A DNA stretch of 64,000 nt, from assembly GCA_944389095.1 (NCBI GenBank), contig CALXLC010000010.1, positions 22,154 to 86,153 of the forward strand, read 5' to 3'. The position numbers and the translations under genes are program-made. Source of the DNA: an uncultured Alphaproteobacteria bacterium. GTDB taxonomy: Bacteria > Pseudomonadota > Alphaproteobacteria > RF32 > CAG-239. Every line of letters starts with the position of its first letter. Position 1 is the first letter of the stretch. The notes beneath the pieces are model-generated. The model was not told the origin of the DNA and did not search any database. It worked only from the letters and a program-made list of their open reading frames with translations. Shown piece after piece: positions 51,269 to 59,914 of this stretch.

Positions 51269-52052
51269 CCGGGCCGAGGCCTTTCAGTTGTGCGGCAAAG
51301 CCGCTCAGGGAGAAATCCTGCTCGGCAAAGCTGCCGGAGCCTCGGAAGTAATTTTTAACGCACGCTCCTACCCTGTGGATTCGCAAGGGCGTTTTCTGCT
51401 GGCATTCGACCGGGACCAAAACAAAGAGGCCGCGCTGACTTTCCGCGGCAGCGACAATCAGCAACAATCTTTAAAGCTGACCGTTTCGCCGACAGCCTGG
51501 GACATCCAAAATCTCACCGGTGTGCCGCCTCGCAAGGTGACGCCTTCCAACAGCGACATGCGCGCCATTGAAAAAGAACAAAAGCTGGTTCGCGCCGGAC
51601 AGCAAACCATGACCACCGAACCTCTTTGGGAAAAAGGCTTCATTCAACCCGTTCAGGGACGTATCAGCGGCAATTTCGGCGGCCAGCGGATTATGAACGG
51701 CATCAAAAAAAATCCCCACGCCGGCATGGATATTGCCGTCCCCGAAGGGACCCCCGTTGCCGCATCGTCTGACGGCATTGTAACGCTTGCCGCGGCAGAC
51801 TTATTTTACTCGGGTAACGTCGTCATCATTGACCACGGCTACGGACTGCATACAATTTATGCGCACCTTCTGCAAATGGATGTCAAACGCGGAGATCGGG
51901 TAAAACAGGGAGATACTATCGGTCTCTCGGGAAAAACCGGACGGGTCACCGGACCGCATCTGCACTGGGGCGCCTCAGTCAACGGCGTCAAATTCAATCC
52001 GGTTTCACTGCTAAATATGAACAAAGCCGATGATTTTTGTTTTAATTTATAA
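51210..52052 (+). CDS. M23-family (LytM) peptidase
   Basis: Signal peptide; HxxxD ... HLH metal-binding motifs (HAGMDIAVPEGTPV...GPHLHW). Confidence 0.8.
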   Translation: MKNKLIYLISALIPLLSGINRAEAFQLCGKAAQGEILLGKAAGASEVIFNARSYPVDSQGRFLLAFDRDQNKEAALTFRGSDNQQQSLKLTVSPTAWDIQNLTGVPPRKVTPSNSDMRAIEKEQKLVRAGQQTMTTEPLWEKGFIQPVQGRISGNFGGQRIMNGIKKNPHAGMDIAVPEGTPVAASSDGIVTLAAADLFYSGNVVIIDHGYGLHTIYAHLLQMDVKRGDRVKQGDTIGLSGKTGRVTGPHLHWGASVNGVKFNPVSLLNMNKADDFCFNL

Positions 52053-52101
52053 ACGATTGGGATAATATTCTTACAGACGATGCAACAAAGAGGGCTCTCC
52101 G

Positions 52102-52524
52102 ATGGAAAATGCACATAAACAAATAATCTGGGATTCGATTGTCTGCCTGATTGTCGATGATGACAAATTCTCCCGCACTTTTATTAAAACGGCGCTGTAT
52201 CAAATCGGTATCAAAAACACCAAAGAAGCCAGCAGCACCGAAGAAGCCGCCGAACTTCTGCACAGTTTCAAAATTGACGTCATTCTGCTGGATCAGCAGA
52301 TTCCCGGCAAAAACGGCCTCGATTTTGCCAGAGAACTCAAAACCGGCAATATCGAAAACGGCAAAAACATTCCCATCATCATGGTTACGGTTGACACCAA
52401 GGAAAAAACCGTTTTGGATGCCAAAGCCCTCGGTATTCAGGAATACCTGGTCAAACCGATATCGCCGCTGGCCCTCAAAAAAAGAATCTGCACGGCTTTC
52501 GGCATAAAACAGGAACGCGTATAA
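52102..52524 (+). CDS. Single-domain response regulator (CheY-like receiver)
   Basis: DDD acidic pocket, phospho-acceptor Asp in VILLDQQ, conserved Lys near the C-terminus. Confidence 0.75.
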   Translation: MENAHKQIIWDSIVCLIVDDDKFSRTFIKTALYQIGIKNTKEASSTEEAAELLHSFKIDVILLDQQIPGKNGLDFARELKTGNIENGKNIPIIMVTVDTKEKTVLDAKALGIQEYLVKPISPLALKKRICTAFGIKQERV

Positions 52525-52564
52525 ATATCACCCCTTATTCAATAAAATCAGAGTTTAGGTCATA

Positions 52565-53389
52565 ATGAACTTTCACATTCTTTTTCTCTCCGTCCTTCAG
52601 GGTATAACCGAATTTTTGCCGGTCAGCTCTTCCGGTCATTTAATTTTGTTCTCAAAATTTACGACCTTCCCGGATCAGGGACTGGGACTGGATGTTGCCG
52701 TCCATGTCGGCTCAATTCTCGCCGTTATGATTTATTTTTCGGAAGAATTGTGGCGCATGTTCAAAGGCCTGCTTAAAACTTACTTTATTCCCACGCTGAG
52801 CAACAAAGATGCCCGCACTTTCTGGCTGATTGTCATCGGGACCGTTCCGGTCGTCATTGTCGGATTGCTGCTCAAAGAACACGGCATGGAATGGCTGCGT
52901 GACACCCGCATTATCGGCTGGACAATTCTCGGTTACGGAATTTTGTTGTTCATCGCCGACAAATTCGGCCTGACGATTCGCAAAATAGAACACCTGCGGC
53001 CGCTGGACGCTTTTCTGATTGGCTGTGCCCAGTGTCTGGCGTTAATTCCCGGAACCAGCCGCTCGGGCATTACCGTCACCATGGCGCGCTTTTTAAGCAT
53101 GGAACGCCGGGAAGCCGCCAAATTCTCAATGCTGCTGTCAATCCCGGCAATTATTGCGGCAGCCTGCCTTGTAGCTTTGGAAATTTATCAACAGGGCGAC
53201 ATGACTGTTTTTATAGAGGCGATAGACGGGATAACTTACTCTTTCATTGCCTCAATTCTGGCCATTTATGTTGTTATGTGGTGGCTCAAAAAATCGACAT
53301 TTCTGCCGTTTGTCATCTATCGGATTATTCTCGGCGGATTTTTATTGTTGGATTCTTATGGATATTTAAATAGTTTCTTGACTAATTAA
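52565..53389 (+). CDS. uppP: Undecaprenyl-diphosphate phosphatase
   Basis: GITEFLPVSSSGH signature, 8 TM helices. Confidence 0.9.
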   Translation: MNFHILFLSVLQGITEFLPVSSSGHLILFSKFTTFPDQGLGLDVAVHVGSILAVMIYFSEELWRMFKGLLKTYFIPTLSNKDARTFWLIVIGTVPVVIVGLLLKEHGMEWLRDTRIIGWTILGYGILLFIADKFGLTIRKIEHLRPLDAFLIGCAQCLALIPGTSRSGITVTMARFLSMERREAAKFSMLLSIPAIIAAACLVALEIYQQGDMTVFIEAIDGITYSFIASILAIYVVMWWLKKSTFLPFVIYRIILGGFLLLDSYGYLNSFLTN

Positions 53390-53416
53390 AAAAAAACGTT
53401 TATAGAAGTATCCGTT

Positions 53417-53503
53417 GCCCTGATGGCGGAACTGGTAGACGCGTAAGTTTCAGGTACTTATGGGAGTTTTCCCGTGGAAGTTCGAGTCTTCTTCAGGGCA
53501 CCA
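53417..53503 (+). tRNA. tRNA-Leu (anticodon CAG), long variable arm, encoded CCA
   Basis: Acceptor GCCCTGA/TCAGGGC, anticodon stem TAAGT/ACTTA with loop TTCAGGT, TPsiC GTTCGAGTC. Confidence 0.85.
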
Positions 53504-53505
53504 CT

Positions 53506-53535
53506 AAAAAGCCTCCCTTCATGGGAGGTTTTTTA
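53506..53535 (+). terminator. Terminator immediately after tRNA-Leu(CAG)
   Basis: gcctcccttcatgggaggc hairpin plus T-run. Confidence 0.55.
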
Positions 53536-53672
53536 GTGGTGTTTTAAAGTAAGACTTCTCGAACTTCCACAAGTGGAAGTTTGACTACAAGCGAAAGGCA
53601 TACGGGGGGGTATGCCGGTGAGGGGCAAAGTCCCGAATGAGCGCCGTGCCCTTGAGCCTTAGCGAAAGGTGG

Positions 53673-53688
53673 CTTCTTCAGGGCACCA
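53673..53688 (+). repeat. 16-bp direct repeat (cttcttcagggcacca) of the 3' end of tRNA-Leu(CAG), 185 bp downstream
   Basis: Exact match to 53488..53503; the intervening 169 bp contains an inverted copy (cgaacttccac) of the tRNA TPsiC arm. Confidence 0.6.
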
Positions 53689-53729
53689 TAATAAAAACAG
53701 ACCCCAACGGGTCTTTTTTTATTATGGTG
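53684..53729 (+). terminator. Long palindromic terminator (caccataataaaaacagaccccaacgggtctttttttattatggtg)
   Basis: Perfect extended inverted repeat with central GC stem and T-run. Confidence 0.55.
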
Positions 53730-53745
53730 AAAAGAACCGGTTAGT

Positions 53746-54750
53746 TTGCATATGTCAAATTTGAAATTATCAGCACTTCTTTTAAATTGGTATCGTGACC
53801 ACGGCCGTGATTTGCCCTGGCGGGTAAAAGGCGGCGCGCATCCGGACCCTTACGCTGTTCTGGTTTCCGAATTTATGCTTCAGCAGACGACCGTCAAAAC
53901 CGTACTCGGTTATTTTGAAAAATTTATGCGCCGTTTTCCCACTGTTGAAAGCCTGGCGGCCGCAAGCCTTGAAGATGTCTATCTCAGCTGGCAGGGACTT
54001 GGATACTATACCCGCGCCCGCTCTCTGCATGAAACGGCAAAAATAATTGTCAATGAATACGACGGCGTCTTTCCCCGCACCAGAGAAACAGTCCTCAAAC
54101 TCAAAGGCATCGGCAGCTATACCGTCTCAAGCTTTCTTGCCTTGGCTTTCAACCTTCCGGAAACCGTAATCGACGGAAACGTCATCCGTATCATTTGCCG
54201 CCTATACAACTTGACCGCACCGACAGACGAAATAATGTCTCTTATCCGCCAAAAGGCAGAAAAGCTGACTGACCGCCGACACCCGGCAGATTATGCATCT
54301 GCAATTATGGATTTGGGCGCAACCGTCTGCACCCCCAAAAAACCGCAATGTCTGCTTTGCCCTTGGCAGACCGCCTGCCGGGCAAAAACTTCCCCTCTGC
54401 TGGAACAAATTCCCTCCCGCCGCAAAACGGAAAAAAAAGAAAAACCGGGAAACGTTTATCTGATCCAAAATTCGAAAAACGAAATATTTATTCGCAAACG
54501 GACAGAAAAAGGTCTGCTTTCGGGACTTTATGAATTTCCCTGGAGCGAAGAAACGACGCCTCTTCCCGGAGCCGGAGATACGGGAAAAACCGTAACCCAT
54601 GTTTTTACGCATTTCAAACTGACCCTAAGGATTTACAAACTGCAAACAGAAACACCTCCGACAAACGACGGCTTTTTTGCTGCACCGGAAGCCCTGAAAT
54701 CATACCCGTTTTCAACACTGATGAAAAAAGTACAAAAAGCCGCCGGTTAA
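53746..54750 (+). CDS. mutY: A/G-specific adenine DNA glycosylase
   Basis: HhH-GPD domain, C-x6-C-x2-C-x5-C [4Fe-4S] motif (CTPKKPQCLLCPWQTAC), NUDIX-like C-terminal domain. Confidence 0.88.
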   Translation: MHMSNLKLSALLLNWYRDHGRDLPWRVKGGAHPDPYAVLVSEFMLQQTTVKTVLGYFEKFMRRFPTVESLAAASLEDVYLSWQGLGYYTRARSLHETAKIIVNEYDGVFPRTRETVLKLKGIGSYTVSSFLALAFNLPETVIDGNVIRIICRLYNLTAPTDEIMSLIRQKAEKLTDRRHPADYASAIMDLGATVCTPKKPQCLLCPWQTACRAKTSPLLEQIPSRRKTEKKEKPGNVYLIQNSKNEIFIRKRTEKGLLSGLYEFPWSEETTPLPGAGDTGKTVTHVFTHFKLTLRIYKLQTETPPTNDGFFAAPEALKSYPFSTLMKKVQKAAG

Positions 54751-54856
54751 ATTTTATTTTACATACCTGATAATCAATTTTTTTGATTCTTTTGTGTTGG
54801 AAAAAATAAATTTTAAGATTATAATTATAGTGTTATCCCAAAAAAAGGAGGGACAC

Positions 54857-55030
54857 ATGGAATATATTGACTCGACTATCGAAAGTCTGAAAATACAACA
54901 TGCTCGCCTCGATTCAGAATTAAAAGAGGAAGAAAGCCATGTGTGGAAAAATATGATTCGCATTGAACAGATCAAGAAAGAAAAGTTGCGCAAAAAAGAT
55001 GAATTGCTTCGTAAACTGTTGCAATCATAA
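54857..55030 (+). CDS. Small coiled-coil protein, DUF465/YdcH-like (57 aa)
   Basis: AAAGGAGGGA RBS then ATG; charged heptad-repeat sequence. Confidence 0.5.
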   Translation: MEYIDSTIESLKIQHARLDSELKEEESHVWKNMIRIEQIKKEKLRKKDELLRKLLQS

Positions 55031-55054
55031 TATAAAACTAAACTTCTCATCTCT

Positions 55055-55090
55055 CAAAAAAACGGCCTTCTTGCATGAAGGCCGTTTCCT
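55055..55090. terminator. Bidirectional terminator
   Basis: aaacggccttcttgcatgaaggccgttt hairpin. Confidence 0.55.
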
Positions 55091-55093
55091 GTA

Positions 55094-56389
55094 TCATCTC
55101 CGTTGAGAAAAAATAGTCCGCCGCGGCTGGGCATTCAGCATCCTCTGAATATAGCGCCCCTGATAAAGATTAATTCCCAGAGAATTTCCCACTTCTACCG
55201 CCTGCGGATCATCAATCCGGCACAAAATCATCTTGGCCCGCTCGGCCTTATTGACATAATCCATAAAATGCTTGTCTTCATGAATCACATCCATAAAAGA
55301 CGGATGCCAGATTATCTTAATCAAATCACAATTCAGATTTTGGCGGTTCAGATATTTCAGTTTGTCCACCGTAATTCCGTCAATGCAGATTTTATAGCCT
55401 CTGGCCTGAGCAAAGGCCTTCGCCAGCATAAAAGCCTTAATATCGCTGAAAATATCGGCCAACTGCAATTCCAGAATAACCGACGGTTTCATAAAAGTAT
55501 TGATATTATCGTCAAACTCCAGAAATTCATCGGAAAGGATGGTTGAAACATTAATATTTACACTAAAATTCCCGGCCAGAGAATTATCGTCATGGCGGCT
55601 GATAGTTTCCAAAACACGTTTATCCAAAGTTTCGCTTAAAGACAAAAACAGCCACGGATTCGCCGTCAAATCCACATCCGGTAGCAGCATATCGCGCAAA
55701 TCCGGTATTGCCACATAGACTTCCTCAAACACCCTCTGCGGCGCAGCCTTGCCGATAACCGCGCAAATGGCCTGCCGACGGATAAAGCTGGAAAAATCTG
55801 CAACAGCCAATATTTTCTGAACTTTTGCCAACATTTCCGGCGTCAAAACCCGGCGCAGCCTTTTGCCGGTAGAATTAAACACCGAAACTCCGGACGTCAA
55901 CTTTGCACCTTTTGCTGCCGAACTGCGTTGACTGCCGTCCTTTGCTTCATCGGAAGAAGTCGCCTGAAGCTGACTGCGAACCATAGCCCGGAAATCCGCG
56001 GCACTCTCTTTCAAATCAAAAAAGACGACCAGCCCGCCCTGCTCCAAATCATCAATATCTCGCACGGCAGGATCATCATGCAGCAAAAACCGGATTTTCA
56101 CCAGACAGGCCTTAACTTCATCATCAAAATTCCGGTTATAAAAAACCAAAACATCATCATTGGGAAGAGCAAAAATTTCGCCTTTTGATTTGCGGACAAC
56201 TTCTTCAAAAGTTTCCACAAAAACCTGACGCTGCAACAGCTTGGCGCCTTGTTCCTGCAATTTTCCGACTTTAAAACATAATACCTTGAAAAAAGCAATA
56301 TCTTTTTCGATTTTTTTCATATAATCGAAAATAACGGTATCCTGCCTGACCAGTGTATTTTCCGAACCTCTGATAAAAGAAATTCCCAT
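55094..56389 (-). CDS. Degenerate GGDEF-EAL tandem-domain protein (paralog 1, 431 aa; predicted non-catalytic)
   Basis: GGDEF position reads LPNDDVLVF; EAL-like C-terminus with FSVNINVST, KICIDGITVDK (vs DDFGTGYSS), GINLYQGRYIQR (vs G..aQGYlfsrP). Confidence 0.6.
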   Translation of the reverse strand: MGISFIRGSENTLVRQDTVIFDYMKKIEKDIAFFKVLCFKVGKLQEQGAKLLQRQVFVETFEEVVRKSKGEIFALPNDDVLVFYNRNFDDEVKACLVKIRFLLHDDPAVRDIDDLEQGGLVVFFDLKESAADFRAMVRSQLQATSSDEAKDGSQRSSAAKGAKLTSGVSVFNSTGKRLRRVLTPEMLAKVQKILAVADFSSFIRRQAICAVIGKAAPQRVFEEVYVAIPDLRDMLLPDVDLTANPWLFLSLSETLDKRVLETISRHDDNSLAGNFSVNINVSTILSDEFLEFDDNINTFMKPSVILELQLADIFSDIKAFMLAKAFAQARGYKICIDGITVDKLKYLNRQNLNCDLIKIIWHPSFMDVIHEDKHFMDYVNKAERAKMILCRIDDPQAVEVGNSLGINLYQGRYIQRMLNAQPRRTIFSQRR

Positions 56390-56392
56390 AAC

Positions 56393-57673
56393 CTAACCCA
56401 ATACCTTATCCAAACATTCCGGCTGCGAGCATTCGCGGCGCAATAACCCCGACAAAACCCTTTTCCTTTTCAAACACTCGACAACCTTACAATTTTTACC
56501 GTCCGGGCAGCCGGAACGGATAACCGCAGCCTCCAGAGCATCGATATACGGCCCCTGAAAAGTATCCATACCGTAGCCGACACCCCACCGCACCGCTTTT
56601 TCATCGGTACATTTGGCCAACACCACATTTTCCCGGCCCAGTCCGTCCACCACCTGACGCAGCTCTTCGTTTTGCGTATCATATTCCATCAGCGGTTCCC
56701 AGAAAATTTTAACCATATCAGGTTCCAGTCTTTTCACATTGAGCATGTGCAACATATCCGGAGACATCGCGTCAATCAAAAGTTTGTGTCCGCCGCTGTG
56801 TAACAGTTCTTTGGCCTCAAAATATGTGTTAAGACTGTTTAAAACATCCATAACCTGAACTTCGACAATAAGTTTTCTGTCATCGTGCAGAAAATTTTTT
56901 GCAAAATCCACAAATTCACGGGAAAAAATCGAGCTTAGATTCAAATTCAGGCTAACCTGATCGGGCCAAACCGTCAGCTCTGCGCCGCGAAAGGCCTCCA
57001 TGGTCTTCTTATCCAAAGCCTGGGTCAGATACAAAAACAACCATTTGTTTCCGGTCAGGTCGATACTGCGATTATACTTGCGGCTCAAATCCTTAACCGC
57101 CACAAAAAACTCCTGAAAAACCACCTCAAATTTCTGAGGCGGCGTAATCCGCATCACACTCTGATGTTTAACGATTTCCGCCAAATCAATATTATCCAGA
57201 TGATCAATAACATCCGTAACCTGCCCTGCTTCCAGAGGCGTACCGGGAAAAACATGTTGAACGTCAGGAGCCCCGTTTTCAACCATATTTTCAATAATCC
57301 GGTAAAGGCGGACAAAATCCTCCGGAAAGACGTAAATATGAGCAAATTCATCTGCGCTTTCCGCCAACAGCAGCGGATCGCTTGACAAGCCCTGGCGGAT
57401 TTTCCCGACTGCGTTATCCACCATTTCGGGATTGATGTTTTTGCCGAGCAGCGCAAAATCGTCATTGCTGAGAACCGAAAGCATCCCCTCGCTGGCACCG
57501 ACCAAATCGTCAAACATTTTGGCCATGACTTTAACAAACGCCGGATGACGGTTTTTGGGTTTCAACTTGGAAACGCTGACATACAGCACCGAATAGCCCT
57601 GAGAATTCCGGGCAATTCGGTTCAGAGCGTCCAGTAAAAACTTTTCATTTGCAAAATTTCCGGCATAGACCAT
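56393..57673 (-). CDS. Degenerate GGDEF-EAL tandem-domain protein (paralog 2, 426 aa; predicted non-catalytic)
   Basis: GGDEF position reads LSNDDFALL; EAL-like C-terminus with LSLNLNLSS, KLLIDAMSPD, GMDTFQGPYI; collinear with paralog 1. Confidence 0.6.
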   Translation of the reverse strand: MVYAGNFANEKFLLDALNRIARNSQGYSVLYVSVSKLKPKNRHPAFVKVMAKMFDDLVGASEGMLSVLSNDDFALLGKNINPEMVDNAVGKIRQGLSSDPLLLAESADEFAHIYVFPEDFVRLYRIIENMVENGAPDVQHVFPGTPLEAGQVTDVIDHLDNIDLAEIVKHQSVMRITPPQKFEVVFQEFFVAVKDLSRKYNRSIDLTGNKWLFLYLTQALDKKTMEAFRGAELTVWPDQVSLNLNLSSIFSREFVDFAKNFLHDDRKLIVEVQVMDVLNSLNTYFEAKELLHSGGHKLLIDAMSPDMLHMLNVKRLEPDMVKIFWEPLMEYDTQNEELRQVVDGLGRENVVLAKCTDEKAVRWGVGYGMDTFQGPYIDALEAAVIRSGCPDGKNCKVVECLKRKRVLSGLLRRECSQPECLDKVLG

Positions 57674-57866
57674 CTGTTCATAAACCTTAACAGCAAAAAC
57701 ATCTGAACTATATAATAACCATGCTTTACCCCTTTAGCAAGCAAATTACCGCAATTGTCCTTCCCAAAATTAAGCCGGCCGCCATTACCGAAAATCACTA
57801 TTGCCTTTTTGAAACGAAATTTATATAATTTTTTATTATAATTATTTTTAAGCAAAGTGAGGACAG

Positions 57867-58109
57867 ATGGCATCAACAATCAAAGTCTGCATGGGAAGTT
57901 CCTGTTTTGCCCGCGGCAACGCCAAAAATCTACAATTAATTCAAAAATATCTGGCGGAAAACGGGCTTGAAGCCGAAGTCGAACTGACCGGCCTGCGTTG
58001 CTGCGACAAGTGCTCCAAGGGTCCCAACCTGACCATTGACGGTGTTGAATATAATAATATTGACACCGGAACTCTGCTTGACATTCTGGAAAAACACTTC
58101 AAAAAATAA
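57867..58109 (+). CDS. Thioredoxin-like [2Fe-2S] ferredoxin (NuoE/HydC-like small protein, 80 aa)
   Basis: Cys pattern C-x4-C ... CC-x2-C (VCMGSSCFARG ... CCDKCSKGP). Confidence 0.65.
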   Translation: MASTIKVCMGSSCFARGNAKNLQLIQKYLAENGLEAEVELTGLRCCDKCSKGPNLTIDGVEYNNIDTGTLLDILEKHFKK

Positions 58110-58148
58110 ACCTTTCGGCTCAGCATCTGCAATCATGGAATAACAATC

Positions 58149-59912
58149 ATGTCAAACCGCGATTTTCCCCTCTATACCGTCAAAACAGACTGTCAGGACT
58201 GTTACAAATGCGTCCGCCGTTGTCCTGTCAAGGCCATTAAAATAGAAGACAGTTCGGCCATGATTGTCACGGATCTCTGCATTGCCTGCGGTATTTGCTA
58301 CAAAGTCTGCCCGGCCAAGGCCAAACAAATGCGCAATGATCTTCCCCGCGCCAAATTTCTGGTCAAATCAGGCAAAGAAATATATATTTCTCTGGCGCCT
58401 TCCTGGGTAACCGAATTCCCCGAATACTCGGCGGAACAACTGATTGCGGCCATCCGCCGGCTGGGCATCCGCGGTGTCAGCGAAACGGCTCTCGGCGCCG
58501 AAGAAGTTTCCGCCGAAACCGCCCGGATTTTGGACAAGGCCGATTCTGGACTGTTTATCTCCACGGCGTGCCCGACCGTCGTCGAATACGTCGAAAAATA
58601 CCTGCCCGAACTCACGCCCAATCTTGTCGGCGTCAGTTCTCCCCTTTTGGCGCACTGCCGCCTGCTTAAAGAAGAATACGGCGCCGGCATCGAGACCATT
58701 TTTGTCGGCCCCTGTATTGCCAAAAAACTGGAAGCCGACCGCCATCCCGAGCTGTTAAGCCTGAGCCTCAGCTTTGCAGACTTGCGGCAGTGGCTGAAAG
58801 ACGAAGACATTGACCCCGCATCACTCAAGCCCGGCGTATTTGACGTATTTGTTCCCCGCCGAGCCAAAGAAGGAGCCGCCTACCCGATAGAAGGCGGAAT
58901 GATTGAAACGCTCAAACCCTACCCTTCCGCAAAAAAAGCTTACCTCATGCAGCTGACCGGCATTTATAACATTGAGCGGGAACTCGAAAACCTTCGAAAT
59001 ACGGCCTTCAAGCAACCTGTTTTTATTGAAGCGCTGGCCTGCCCCGGCGGCTGTATCAACGGTCCCTGTACAACCGACAGACAATCCGGTCTGGATAAAC
59101 GAATGGAAGTTCTCCGCAATACCGAATTTGACGACAATGCCGGTAAACGCACGCCTGCCCATGACATCCGCCTCAATTATGCTTCCGATACCGTCGTCGA
59201 ACCCGAATTTTCCGAAAGCGACATCAAAAAGGTTCTTGCAAAAATCGGAAAATATACGCAGGAAGACGAACTCAACTGCGGCGGCTGCGGCTATGACACC
59301 TGCCGCAACTTTGCCCGCGCCCTGCTTGAAGGCAAAGCTGAACCGGAAATGTGCGTTTCTCACATGAAACAACAGGCCCAGCGCAAAGCCAATGCGCTGA
59401 TTCGCTGTATTCCTTCGCCGATAGTCATTGCCGATGCCAAACTGAACATTATGGAATATAATGACGAATTCCGCGATGCCTTTTGGAACGAGGAAGAACA
59501 TGCGGATATTTATGATTATGAGAATCTCCGCGGCGCCAACCTGCGAGACTTTATCAATTTTACCAACCTTTTTTCCGCCTCCCTGGATTTGGAACAGGAT
59601 ATTCGCCGCGAACATATCCGTCAGGATGACCGTGTATTCGACGTTGTGGTCTTCAATATAGATAAAAAACAAAGCGTCGGCGGCATCATTGAAGACGTGA
59701 CCAATGTTGAAATGCACAAAGAACAAATTGCCGCTAAAGCCAAAGAGGTTATTCACAAAAATCTGGCAACGGTCCAGCAAATAGCCTGTACGTTGGGCGA
59801 ACACATGGCCGAAACCGAGGTACTGCTCCGGTCCATCGCCAAAGATTACTCCTCCGAACAGGAACCGTCCGGACTGACTATCCGTACCAACTCGGCCAAA
59901 AGAGAGTACTGA
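58149..59912 (+). CDS. hydS: Sensory-type [FeFe]-hydrogenase homologue with C-terminal PAS domain (HydS-like)
   Basis: Two CxxCxxCxxxCP ferredoxin motifs; H-domain motifs L1 ISTACPTV (TSCCP with first Cys replaced by Ala), L2 GPCIAKKLE, L3 EALACPGGCINGP; then PAS-like ~120 aa. Confidence 0.75.
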   Translation: MSNRDFPLYTVKTDCQDCYKCVRRCPVKAIKIEDSSAMIVTDLCIACGICYKVCPAKAKQMRNDLPRAKFLVKSGKEIYISLAPSWVTEFPEYSAEQLIAAIRRLGIRGVSETALGAEEVSAETARILDKADSGLFISTACPTVVEYVEKYLPELTPNLVGVSSPLLAHCRLLKEEYGAGIETIFVGPCIAKKLEADRHPELLSLSLSFADLRQWLKDEDIDPASLKPGVFDVFVPRRAKEGAAYPIEGGMIETLKPYPSAKKAYLMQLTGIYNIERELENLRNTAFKQPVFIEALACPGGCINGPCTTDRQSGLDKRMEVLRNTEFDDNAGKRTPAHDIRLNYASDTVVEPEFSESDIKKVLAKIGKYTQEDELNCGGCGYDTCRNFARALLEGKAEPEMCVSHMKQQAQRKANALIRCIPSPIVIADAKLNIMEYNDEFRDAFWNEEEHADIYDYENLRGANLRDFINFTNLFSASLDLEQDIRREHIRQDDRVFDVVVFNIDKKQSVGGIIEDVTNVEMHKEQIAAKAKEVIHKNLATVQQIACTLGEHMAETEVLLRSIAKDYSSEQEPSGLTIRTNSAKREY

Positions 59913-59914
59913 GC

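Noticed and set aside
53504-53672. Possibility that the structured 169-bp segment after tRNA-Leu(CAG) is a tmRNA, SRP RNA or second tRNA
   Set aside because: No tRNA cloverleaf can be completed. No tmRNA tag-reading-frame or SRP RNA conserved motifs were seen. It is better explained as an att-like scar with terminators.
58821-59804. 327-aa minus-strand ORF
   Set aside because: Antisense of hydS. Phe/Gly/Asn-rich nonsense-like sequence.
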